A stretch of 61,107 nt of DNA, filler included, from Nitrospinae bacterium RIFCSPLOWO2_12_FULL_45_22 (GTDB lineage: Bacteria; 2-12-FULL-45-22): NCBI GenBank assembly GCA_001803565.1. It is 5 parts of 5 records of this genome, joined end to end, with 100 filler letters (N's around TTAATTAATTAA, not from the genome) between each part and the next. Parts side by side here need not be neighbours in the genome. Positions count along the whole stretch, not along the records: positions 41,318 to 51,360 come from MHDQ01000051.1; positions 51,461 to 61,107 come from MHDQ01000052.1; 3 more parts are not named here. One strand, written 5' to 3'. A program made the translations under genes and the position numbers. The notes beneath the pieces are model-generated. The model did not search any database. It was not told the origin of the DNA and saw nothing but the letters and a program-made list of their open reading frames with translations. This document shows, piece after piece, positions 50,537-59,821 of the stretch. Position 1 is the first letter of the stretch. Every line of letters starts with the position of its first letter.

Positions 50537-51360
50537 ATGAAAACAGAGACCCTATTTGATTATCTTGATTATGAGCCTGATGAGACGCTGAAGCTTGTCG
50601 TCTCATCCATTGAAGGGCTTTCCTCAGATGGAGAAGGCTTCTTAGCTGGTATTAAGGGTGATTGGGGTACAGGTAAGACATCTATACTAAGGGCGCTGGA
50701 GGGTTATTACAGATACTTCAAAGAATTTCCGGTCATATTCTTTGAGGCCTGGAAGTATCAGGATGAACACCACCCCTTGATTCCCCTCCTTATTAAGCTC
50801 GAAGACCTCCTCAGGGATGTAAGATCAGAAAAGGTCAGGTCCCTTGGGAGGGATATAGCTAAGATTTCTAAGGTGCTTTTTCTCTCAGCCGCTGATATTG
50901 CTTTAAAGACAATAGGTGCGGGTGAAGTAAAGGATATTGCGGAGGTCTTCAAGCTGGTAGAATCCCTGGAAGAAAGGGCATATGAAAGAAAGGTCGAGCA
51001 CGATAGACTCTTTGACTTTATGAGAGACTCTATAGCGGAGATAGTAAAATATACCCCAAAAAGAACAAGGTACTTTACTGACCGGGCCAATAGATGGAAA
51101 CAATATGCCAACGGGTGGCAATTGCCAGATTATGAAGGCAAGAGGTTTGTAATCATAATAGATGATCTTGATAGGTGTTTGCCTGGCAAGGCATTTTCCC
51201 TTATAGAGAGCATAAGGTTTTACCTTCAGAACAAAAATACCATTGTTATCCTCGGTATCAATGACAAAGTGCTGGCAAGATACATAAACGACTACTATTC
51301 ACTGAAAGGTTCTAAGGATACTAAAGATGTTGTCTTTGATGGTGATGACTTTCTGGACAA
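50537..51360 (+). CDS. KAP-family P-loop NTPase, 3'-truncated
   Basis: GDWGTGKT, FEAWKY, FVIIIDDLDRC. Confidence 0.9.
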
Positions 51361-51404
51361 NNNNNNNNNNNNNNNNNNNNNNNNNNNNNNNNNNNNNNNN
51401 NNNN

Positions 51405-51416
51405 TTAATTAATTAA
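51405..51416. other. Artificial contig linker
   Basis: TTAATTAATTAA between N runs. Confidence 0.95.
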
Positions 51417-51460
51417 NNNNNNNNNNNNNNNNNNNNNNNNNNNNNNNNNNNNNNNNNNNN

Positions 51461-52252
51461 CTTTTTTTATTACATTATTTACGATCGGCTCAGAGAAAAA
51501 CCGATGAAAATCTTATATCAAATAGTTCTGCGAAAATCGGTGTTAAAGAATCTTTTCAAGAAGCTTGGACTGACGTTGCAAATTTTTTATGTAAAAGTGG
51601 ATGGGAAATACAAAACTTAATAGTTAGAGTTCAGAATCCAACGCTTTTCGACATTAAATTGAACAAGAAGTTTATAAAATTTGCAGTTGATAATAATTTG
51701 AAAACTCCCAAGGCTGTGGCATATACCATCTTCCCACATAAGCTATACAAAAAATGCGGAAACGCTACCAATTTATTTAATGCCTATAATAGGCGAAGAG
51801 GTCTCTATGAACGCTTAAAAATTCGTCAACCTAATACCTGGGGAACATATTTTAAAAGGATGACACACTATCCTACATCTGGCGGTACAATAAATCAACT
51901 TGCTAATATTATTGGAGCCATTAATAATCGTGGATATATTAGCAAGGCCGCATATACAATTATTATACAAAAAGCTGGGAGCGAAACAATTAGACCACGA
52001 GGAGGGCCATGTCTTAATTATTTGGCTATTCAACTCGATCCAAATGAAAGAACACTGGGGATATTAGCAGTTTACCGAAATCATGATTTTCTAGAAATGG
52101 CATATGGAAATTATTGGGGATTGTGCAATTTAATAGATTTTATGGCAAGGGAAACAAACTTTAACCCGGGATATCTGACATGTATCTCATCCCGTAGCTA
52201 CGTTAAGGATAAAAAGAGTTGCTTTAAAAAATTTGTAGATTCTACGCTATGA
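51461..52252 (+). CDS. Divergent thymidylate-synthase-fold protein, 5'-truncated
   Basis: Frame open from the contig start. SFQEAW...EIQNLIVRVQNP, NQL, GGPCL (catalytic Cys), YRNHDF (R-S-x-D equivalent), AYGNYWGL, PGYLTCIS. Confidence 0.75.
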   Translation, partial: LFLLHYLRSAQRKTDENLISNSSAKIGVKESFQEAWTDVANFLCKSGWEIQNLIVRVQNPTLFDIKLNKKFIKFAVDNNLKTPKAVAYTIFPHKLYKKCGNATNLFNAYNRRRGLYERLKIRQPNTWGTYFKRMTHYPTSGGTINQLANIIGAINNRGYISKAAYTIIIQKAGSETIRPRGGPCLNYLAIQLDPNERTLGILAVYRNHDFLEMAYGNYWGLCNLIDFMARETNFNPGYLTCISSRSYVKDKKSCFKKFVDSTL

Positions 52253-53283
52253 GGTACCACCAACCGCCGTTTCTTTTACAAGAATGTAAAATCGAAGTAA
52301 CTTATAGCTGCCCACTGGTATGTATTCACTGTTCAAGCGATTCAACACCAGAAAGTACAATAGAAATTTCTAAAGAGAAATGTTTAAAAATAGTCGAAGA
52401 AGCAATTGCTCTAGGTACTCAAAAAATAACATTTTCTGGCGGTGAACCTCTCGAATGGAATGGATTTGAAGAAGCCACCACGTTTGCCTCAAGTAATAAA
52501 GTTGAGGTGATCGTTTATTCCTCAGGTAATATTTCACACTTAGAAAATAAAATGAAATCATTAGCATCTTGCAATATATCAACAATTATTTTTAGTATCT
52601 TTGGAAGTTCTTATTCCACACATGAAGTAATAACAAGAAGGAGAGGTAGTTTTAATAATACTATAAATGCTGTTAAAGCAGCAAAAAAAGCCGGGTTAAA
52701 TGTTGAGTTTCACTTTGTACCGCTATCAATAAATTATAAAGAATTGCCAGGTATTTTTAATCTGGCCAGATCTCTAGGTGTAAAGAAAATTAGTGTACTT
52801 AGATTTGTCCCGCAGGGAAGGGGTTATCTTATAAGACGCTACTCGTTAAATAAAATACAATATTTGGAACTGAAAAAAATGATTGAGGCTGCCAGGAAGA
52901 ACGGGTATAATGTCAGAACTGGGTCCCCTTTCAATTTCTTATTACTGAATGACAAACCGGAATGTTCAGCAGCAATTGATCGCATTATAATCGGACCAGA
53001 TTTAAGAATTTATCCCTGTGATGCCTTTAAACAAATAAAGGCTGAAGATCTAGTGGGAACTTTAGAATATTCTGCTATTGATCGTTGGACTCTATGGGAG
53101 TGTTGGGAAAAATCTCCTTATCTCAAGGCCATACGTGAGCACCTTACAACTAATTTCGCTAAGCCATGCAATAATTGTAGCGTACTTGAATTGTGTCTAT
53201 CAGGGTGTCTTGCACAAAAAGTTTTAATATCTAATGATTTAAGAAAACAACCCGATCCTATGTGTATCAAGAGTGGGAAATAG
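52249..53283 (+). CDS. Radical SAM protein with SPASM domain
   Basis: CPLVCIHC (CxxxCxxC), FSGGEP, PQGRG, C...IYPC...CNNC...CLSGC...DPMC. Confidence 0.93.
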   Translation: MRYHQPPFLLQECKIEVTYSCPLVCIHCSSDSTPESTIEISKEKCLKIVEEAIALGTQKITFSGGEPLEWNGFEEATTFASSNKVEVIVYSSGNISHLENKMKSLASCNISTIIFSIFGSSYSTHEVITRRRGSFNNTINAVKAAKKAGLNVEFHFVPLSINYKELPGIFNLARSLGVKKISVLRFVPQGRGYLIRRYSLNKIQYLELKKMIEAARKNGYNVRTGSPFNFLLLNDKPECSAAIDRIIIGPDLRIYPCDAFKQIKAEDLVGTLEYSAIDRWTLWECWEKSPYLKAIREHLTTNFAKPCNNCSVLELCLSGCLAQKVLISNDLRKQPDPMCIKSGK

Positions 53284-54475
53284 GATTGTATCGATGAGAA
53301 ATTTTAAATCTTTCTCAAAAGAAAAACGATTCGATGAATTTAAAAAAGCAGTTCAATACTGCTCTATATGCCCCAGGTTATCTAAAAGAACCAAAGTATT
53401 ATCCGATTTAAATGGAAATATAAACTCTAAGGTTCTCTTTATTGCCGAAGCGCCGGGCCGCTTAGGAGCAGATCGTACTGGAATTCCATTATGTGGAGAT
53501 CGTACTGGGGACATATTTGAGTCGCTAATTAGTAATATTGGTTGGAAAAGAGAACAAATTTTTATTACAAATACTGTTTTGTGCAATCCAAGGCAGGAAA
53601 ACGGTAATAATGGCACCCCCACTAAAGAAGAGATTTTTAACTGTTCCTTATATTTGGGAATGACAATAGAACTAATTGATCCAGGGGTAGTTGTCCCAAT
53701 GGGCAAAACAGCCTTAGAGGGATTAACTTTGCTTTATCCACACTTTATTTCCCTAAAAAAAGATATCGGGAAAATTATTCCATGGAATGGAAGATATATT
53801 TTTCCACTTTATCATCCAGGTCCAAGAGCATTGGTACATCGATCAATTATCAAACAAAGAGCTGACTATATGCTTTTAGCAAAACAAATCGATCCATTGA
53901 AAGGGCGCAAAATAAAAAAAACCAAAAAGCTTTCATCTCAATTATCCCTTCTTAGTGTGAATAGAACTCCACTACATGAAATGGTTTTACTTTTTGTTAA
54001 TAAGTTTAAAGAATTGAGTATTTTTAAGCTGACAAAACTGCTTTATCTCACAGATATTTTGGCCCTAGAGCAATTGGGAAAAACATTAAGTGGGGAAATT
54101 TATTTAAGAAAACAGGAAGGGCCTTGGGTACCCAAATTAAATGAAGTTTTAAAGTCAATAAAAAGCTCAAACATTGAAATTAACTATAAAAATAAAATTC
54201 CCTATATAGTAATAGGTCCAAATCCAATTCCCGAATCCCACCTTGATGAGAATGCACTATCTGTTGTCTTAAGAGTTATAGAAAAATATGGAAATATGAG
54301 CAATGCTGAAATAAAATCCGCTGCATATCTCACCGAGCCAATGAAATATATTCTTAAACGGGAGAAAGGAGGTAGAGATATGCGTAATATACCTGTAATT
54401 TATAAAGAGAAAACAGCTATAGAATTGGACAACAAAGGTGATCTGGTGAAAGTAGAAGAGAAAGTTACTGTGTAA
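53273..54475 (+). CDS. Uracil-DNA glycosylase (family 4/5-like, Fe-S) fused to a DUF4065/Panacea-like domain
   Basis: CSICPRL, FIAEAPG, TNTVLCNP, PTKEEIFNC, YHPGP; C-terminal KLTKLLYLTD...EGPW...YGNMS...AYLTEPM. Confidence 0.85.
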   Translation: MGNRIVSMRNFKSFSKEKRFDEFKKAVQYCSICPRLSKRTKVLSDLNGNINSKVLFIAEAPGRLGADRTGIPLCGDRTGDIFESLISNIGWKREQIFITNTVLCNPRQENGNNGTPTKEEIFNCSLYLGMTIELIDPGVVVPMGKTALEGLTLLYPHFISLKKDIGKIIPWNGRYIFPLYHPGPRALVHRSIIKQRADYMLLAKQIDPLKGRKIKKTKKLSSQLSLLSVNRTPLHEMVLLFVNKFKELSIFKLTKLLYLTDILALEQLGKTLSGEIYLRKQEGPWVPKLNEVLKSIKSSNIEINYKNKIPYIVIGPNPIPESHLDENALSVVLRVIEKYGNMSNAEIKSAAYLTEPMKYILKREKGGRDMRNIPVIYKEKTAIELDNKGDLVKVEEKVTV

Positions 54476-54868
54476 GGAAGAAAAGGGGTTAATAACGGCT
54501 TTATAATTTATTCCATCCCGCATTATTAATTGGTCCGGCTCAAAATTCTTGTAATAAAGGAAAGGCGAAAGTACGTTTAGTTGGCGAATGCTAGGAATAC
54601 CAAATTGTCCAAAATGAGGGAACTTTAAAATAGCAGTAACATCCAATGACTATTCAAATGATTCCCATCCTTTTTATTTCGATTTACTTCTTGAATTTTA
54701 AGCCCAACCTGTTTCAATTGATCTTCACCACCAATTTCAAAGCCTGAGTTGGATATAAGGTCATTAACCTTTTCATTATTCCTTCCGTTACTCATTGGTT
54801 AATCTCCCTATATATCTTACGGTAACGGTATAAGAAAGGCCGGTGCTTTATGAAACGCTTTTTAACAT

Positions 54869-56023
54869 CTAATTTTGCGGTCTATTCAATCTCCGTTGTT
54901 GTTCCAATCTGCGCCGTTCAGCTTCGATCTCACGCTTCAGGATCGCCGGGTCTGGCAACTGGAGTTTGTAACGTGAAGCGAATACCTTGTTATTCAGTCC
55001 ACCAAGGGCATAGTGCACCACGGCCTCATCCTTTTCGGAACAAAGAATCAGCCCGACCGGTGGCTCTTCGCCTTCGATCACCTCATTCTCCCTCAGGTAA
55101 TTCAAATACAGGTTCATCTGACCAGCATCGGCATGGGTGAATTTGCCGACCTTTAGATCGATGACCACAAGACAGCGAAGCCCTCGATGATAAAAAAGAA
55201 GGTCCAGGTAGTAGGATTCACTCCCAATCTGAAGCCTTTTCTGTCGGGCAACGAATGTGAAACCATAGCCTAGTTCCAAAAGGAAATCTGCCAGGTGCTG
55301 GATGAGGGCGTTTTCAAGATCTTGTTCCGAAATCGGTTCTGGAAGACCGAGGAATTCGAGAACATACGGGTCTTTGATTGCTTCTTCAGCACTAACCCGA
55401 TCTCCAGCCTCCTCTGCTTTTTTAAGTAATTCTCCCTTCTTTTTCGAAAGAGCAATACGCTCGTAAAGCATGGAGTTGATCTGGCGATCAAGTTGCCGAA
55501 CAGACCAGCCGGCCCGTCGGGCTTCTTCCTCATAGAAATCGCGCTTTGCCTTATCGTCTATCGCCATAAGACGGATATAGTGAGACCAAGAGAGGGAAAA
55601 GATTTCAGAGGCTACGCCAATAAATTTTGCAGACAGTGTCTGCGATTTCTCCCTTGTTGAAATAGGCGGACCAGAGGATAGGAATTTCGCAGACGGTGTC
55701 TGCGAAATTGGCCAAGTTACATAAAACAGCCTCATTTGCTCCAGGTTACGTTCCGAAAAACCACGCCCAAACCTGGCAATTAAATCTTTTGAAAGTTTTT
55801 TTAATAACTCTCTTCCATAATCTGCTCTTCTTTTTCCTTTCTGCTCAAACTCAACGATTCGCCTTCCGATCTCCCAGTAGGTTATAATTAAGATTTTATT
55901 GACTGAACGGGCTGCTGTATGCCGGGCCTGTTCTAACAATTCACTGACGCCAGTCAGAAGACCAGAGTAGTCTTGATGATCTATTATTTTTATCCCCTTA
56001 TCTTTAGAGTTTTTCTTCATCAT
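54869..56023 (-). CDS. YhcG/DUF1016 PD-(D/E)XK nuclease-domain protein
   Basis: YWEIGRRIVE, GRGFS, LSWSHY, KDPYVLEFL, FVARQ, DLLFYH, GQMNLY. Confidence 0.93.
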   Translation of the reverse strand: MMKKNSKDKGIKIIDHQDYSGLLTGVSELLEQARHTAARSVNKILIITYWEIGRRIVEFEQKGKRRADYGRELLKKLSKDLIARFGRGFSERNLEQMRLFYVTWPISQTPSAKFLSSGPPISTREKSQTLSAKFIGVASEIFSLSWSHYIRLMAIDDKAKRDFYEEEARRAGWSVRQLDRQINSMLYERIALSKKKGELLKKAEEAGDRVSAEEAIKDPYVLEFLGLPEPISEQDLENALIQHLADFLLELGYGFTFVARQKRLQIGSESYYLDLLFYHRGLRCLVVIDLKVGKFTHADAGQMNLYLNYLRENEVIEGEEPPVGLILCSEKDEAVVHYALGGLNNKVFASRYKLQLPDPAILKREIEAERRRLEQQRRLNRPQN

Positions 56024-58893
56024 ATCTCTATCTTATCTGATCTGATTACACCTTCACGGCCGCAATATACCCGCAGGTCACATTCCTTGCAGACCTTATT
56101 CTCTGGCTTCTTACGTATCTCGTAATCTTTCTTGAGAATCTGCTCAACGACATGGTCAAAATAAATACCCGCTTCATTCACCATCTCGAAGCGATAGGGA
56201 AACTGCATCAGGGCCTCATCTCGACTTGATTCACCTGTCCAATAAAGGAGAAGCCTCTCTGCTCTTTTGCCATACCGCCGCTCAAGGATGTGACCATAAA
56301 TACAAAGTTGTTTGTAGTAGCTATCGAGTCTTAGATCATCCTCAAGGGGTCGAGGCTGTGACTTAAAGTCAAGGAGTTCTAACTTGTCATCCGTCCCCAG
56401 TAGGAGGTCGATCTTGCCGGTAAGAATGTAATCATCCTTTTCCACGGATACATCGACCTCAGTCTCAATAATGCGGTCCATCTCGGCCCGATTCTGATTG
56501 AAATAGTTCATGACCTGAAAGAAGGCATTATCACGCTGCACCTTACCAATGGGACGGATTCCCCGGGTAATAAGATGGCGGAAATTGAAATCGAACAACT
56601 CTCGAATCTTCCCCTCTGCTAACTCATCGGCTCGTTTATCCAAGGCCCGGCGGTGAATATCCTCGATGGTCTGATGCACCAGGGCCCCGAAAAAGATTTC
56701 CGCTGATCGGGAGGGAGTGAAGTCATAGTCCCTAAAGAACTGGTATTGCCTGGGACAGGTCTCATAAACTTTGAGGTCACTGGTGAAGCTGAAAGTCTTC
56801 TTTATGGTCATACGACTCCTCAGGCGAAAGAAGAGCGACTGGAGGAGATCTTTCCTCACATAAGGCCATTGAGGTAAACCCTGCCAAATGGGTTTAAAGT
56901 GGGGCTTGGGCTGTTCTGTGGAAGTGAGCACTAACATCTTCTCTGGCCGTGAGAAAGCAACGTAATAAAGACGCATTCGATCGAAGGCTGTGATCCTGTT
57001 TTCCGGCTCAAAGGGTTCTCTGTGATAAAAAGGTAACAGATGTCTTTCGACATCTTTTGGCGAAGAGAGCTGTTTGTCAAGGGAACCAACGATAACCACC
57101 GGGAATTCCAACCCTTTGGCCTGATGGATAGTCATCACCTGGACATACCCTTTGGGAAAAGGTTGATCGGGGTCCTCATACTCGTTGATCCCGCCTATAT
57201 AGAGGAGACGCAGAAAGCTGTTGAAAAAATGGAGGCAAAGAAAATCCCGGTTGCGGTGTGAGACAATGGTATAATGATAGTAGTTCTGAAATATGTTCAA
57301 CAGTTGGGAGAAGATGGCAAGGTTACGTGCCCGGTTCTCATTCTTGACCATGGAAGCAAATGGCTCATGGGCTAATAAGTGATAAAAGTAATCGGCCAGC
57401 CTGCGATCGAGGGTTTCACCCTCCTGTAATAGCCGGATATCGGCCACGAATTGTTGGATACAGAGGGAAAGAGGATGGGGATTCCCGAAGTTACGGCCCA
57501 GTTCAATGAGGCAATCATCCACATAGCTCACCATTTCATTAAGACTCTTCCCCTTAACTTCACCGCGTCCTTCTCCGTAATATCCGAGCAGGATTGCAAA
57601 ACAGGCCACCATATATCGGATCTCTTCGTTCTCAAAATAACCCCGGGCACGAGGACAAAAAGCCGGAATCCCTTTAGCTTCCAATGCCCGGATATAGTGG
57701 CCACTGTGTTCCAGACGCACGCTGTGCAATAATAGCGCTACCTGGCTGTAGTCTTCAATGACCCGGGCCTCTTTCAAAAAATGGATGAGATCTGCCACTC
57801 GACTTCCCTCATCTTTTCTGGATTCACCCCATATGGAAAAGACAGCCGGATATTCTGGAAAAATTCCTTCAGGGTCAGGGACGATCTCCTTGTCATACCG
57901 GAACTGGGAGGCAGAGACCGGATTGCTCCAATCGTGGCTCGACATAAATTTGTTATATGCCTTTATAATCTTCTCGTGGGAGCGGTAGTTAATGGCTAGT
58001 TTACAAATCTTACAGGCAGTAAAATTTTCCTGAAATTCGAGGAAGTTTCTTACAGTGGCTCCACGAAACCGATAAATACTTTGATCCTCATCACCGACTA
58101 CGCAAATGTTATTCTGCGGGTTGGCCAGAAGGAGAAGGAGTTGTTCTTGAATATAATTCGTGTCTTGGTATTCATCTACCATGATAAACTTGATCCTTCC
58201 CCTGATGCCCTCACTCGTTCTCGGATTCTGAAGGAGTTGGTAACAGAGCTTTTGCTGGTGGGCAAAATCGATACAGTTTTTCTCATACAAGGCGGTCTCA
58301 TAAGCCCGGTAGGCACCGCCAATGGCCTGGATAAATGGATCAGGCACCGAGAGGAGCCTGTCAGGATCTATCAATTCCTCTGTTATCTTATCAAAGTAGT
58401 TCCGTGCGCCTTCAATAGCAGTCCAGCGTGTTTTCCATCGCTTAAGATATTTCCCATTTAGCTCAGGTCCGATAATCTTATCAAAATTGTCATAGAGAAA
58501 CAGGAGTTGGGTAAGTTCATCAAGGACTTCATAATTATTGCCGAGGGGAGTGAGATGTCTAAAAGTCATCAGGAAATCATTACAAATGCCATGAATCGTA
58601 CCCACGAAGAGGTCTGACATATCGCCAGCGTAATTGAGTTTTTTAGCTGCCGCTGCAATTCGATCCCGCAATTCGAAGGCCGCCTTTTCAGTAAAGGTGC
58701 AGATAAGCATCTCCCGTGGTTGAGCAAGTTGCTGAAGAAGGATGTTAAGGGCCCTTACTACTAAAACCAAGGTCTTACCTGAACCAGGCCCGGCGATGAT
58801 GAGCAATGGGCCCTCAGTATGACCCACTGCTTCGACTTGGCCGCTGTTTAAATCAGGGAATGCGTTGATGATTTGGCCGACAATGCTCATCAA
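56020..58893 (-). CDS. UvrD/REP helicase fused to a C-terminal PD-(D/E)XK (RecB-like, Cys-containing) nuclease
   Basis: AGPGSGKT, TFTEKAA, VDEYQD, GDEDQSIY, TIHQAKGLEF; CPRQY, GKIDL, DFK, QLCIY, CKEC...C. Confidence 0.93.
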   Translation of the reverse strand: MMSIVGQIINAFPDLNSGQVEAVGHTEGPLLIIAGPGSGKTLVLVVRALNILLQQLAQPREMLICTFTEKAAFELRDRIAAAAKKLNYAGDMSDLFVGTIHGICNDFLMTFRHLTPLGNNYEVLDELTQLLFLYDNFDKIIGPELNGKYLKRWKTRWTAIEGARNYFDKITEELIDPDRLLSVPDPFIQAIGGAYRAYETALYEKNCIDFAHQQKLCYQLLQNPRTSEGIRGRIKFIMVDEYQDTNYIQEQLLLLLANPQNNICVVGDEDQSIYRFRGATVRNFLEFQENFTACKICKLAINYRSHEKIIKAYNKFMSSHDWSNPVSASQFRYDKEIVPDPEGIFPEYPAVFSIWGESRKDEGSRVADLIHFLKEARVIEDYSQVALLLHSVRLEHSGHYIRALEAKGIPAFCPRARGYFENEEIRYMVACFAILLGYYGEGRGEVKGKSLNEMVSYVDDCLIELGRNFGNPHPLSLCIQQFVADIRLLQEGETLDRRLADYFYHLLAHEPFASMVKNENRARNLAIFSQLLNIFQNYYHYTIVSHRNRDFLCLHFFNSFLRLLYIGGINEYEDPDQPFPKGYVQVMTIHQAKGLEFPVVIVGSLDKQLSSPKDVERHLLPFYHREPFEPENRITAFDRMRLYYVAFSRPEKMLVLTSTEQPKPHFKPIWQGLPQWPYVRKDLLQSLFFRLRSRMTIKKTFSFTSDLKVYETCPRQYQFFRDYDFTPSRSAEIFFGALVHQTIEDIHRRALDKRADELAEGKIRELFDFNFRHLITRGIRPIGKVQRDNAFFQVMNYFNQNRAEMDRIIETEVDVSVEKDDYILTGKIDLLLGTDDKLELLDFKSQPRPLEDDLRLDSYYKQLCIYGHILERRYGKRAERLLLYWTGESSRDEALMQFPYRFEMVNEAGIYFDHVVEQILKKDYEIRKKPENKVCKECDLRVYCGREGVIRSDKIEI

Positions 58894-59609
58894 AGGAGAC
58901 CCCCCGCCCGGAAGCTAAAGACCTCATCGTTTGAGACGATGATATGGTCAAAGACAGTGATGTTGAGTGTCTTGGCCGCAAGAACAAGGGCTCGTGTAAG
59001 GGTTTTATCATGCTCTGAGGGATTGATATTCCCGTCCGGGTGGTTATGGGCAAATACTAAGACTGATGCCTTCTTTTTTAGAGCCGATTCCATTACTTTA
59101 CGCGGATAGATCGTTGCCCGATCTATAGTTCCCTCGGTCAATGTTTCTAAATCAATTATACGAAAGCGACTGTTAAGGTATATGACTTTAAACATTTCGT
59201 TTGGTTGGGCACCGAGGGCCGCTTTGCAATAATCATGTAGACGATTTGGATCTTCTAAAGATAGGATTTCAGGTTCATTCTTTTCCAGGGTAAGATCGGC
59301 TTGACTTTTAGGTTGTAGATAAAGCGTAGCGGCCTCGCGAATGAAACGAATAGCTAATGGAGCGACTTCGCCAATTCCGGGTATCTTCCTCAATTCTTCC
59401 GCTGGGGCATCAAGGACACCCCGGAAAGATCCGAATCTCCTTATGGCTTCTTTAGCCATCATTTTAACATCTTTTCGCGGTACGGCCAATGTGAGCAGGA
59501 ATTCTATCGCTTCATAATCTTGAAAAGAAGCGAGGCCAGTTTTTTTAAACCTTTCACGCAGACGTTTTCTGTGGCCGAGATAATGTTGGGCTGCAGAGTT
59601 TGATTTCAT
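58890..59609 (-). CDS. radC: RadC-family JAB-domain protein
   Basis: GHRKRLRERF, HhH IPGIG, AHNHPDG...PSEHD...DHII. Confidence 0.93.
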   Translation of the reverse strand: MKSNSAAQHYLGHRKRLRERFKKTGLASFQDYEAIEFLLTLAVPRKDVKMMAKEAIRRFGSFRGVLDAPAEELRKIPGIGEVAPLAIRFIREAATLYLQPKSQADLTLEKNEPEILSLEDPNRLHDYCKAALGAQPNEMFKVIYLNSRFRIIDLETLTEGTIDRATIYPRKVMESALKKKASVLVFAHNHPDGNINPSEHDKTLTRALVLAAKTLNITVFDHIIVSNDEVFSFRAGGLL

Positions 59610-59821
59610 TTAACCAGCAAGGTACAGATTTGGATAGATACACATATTTACCTTTACCAGCTATATCATGATGGCTATTACCAAACTTTTATATAATCTT
59701 TTCTTCCTGCAATTTCCATAGACCTTCTCGTGACAGCCCTAATAGGCCACAATAAATCTCTTCGGTATGTTTACCTAGGGCCGGGGCACCGCGATTTTAG
59801 GTAGAATAGGTGGAGACCTAT

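Noticed and set aside
52249-53283. rSAM/SPASM as a RiPP maturase
   Set aside because: No precursor peptide, RRE/PqqD domain or transporter seen, and neighbours are nucleotide enzymes; not fully excluded because upstream sequence is missing
50537-54475. KAP NTPase as first gene of the TS/rSAM/UDG operon
   Set aside because: Separated by an artificial linker; adjacency unsupported
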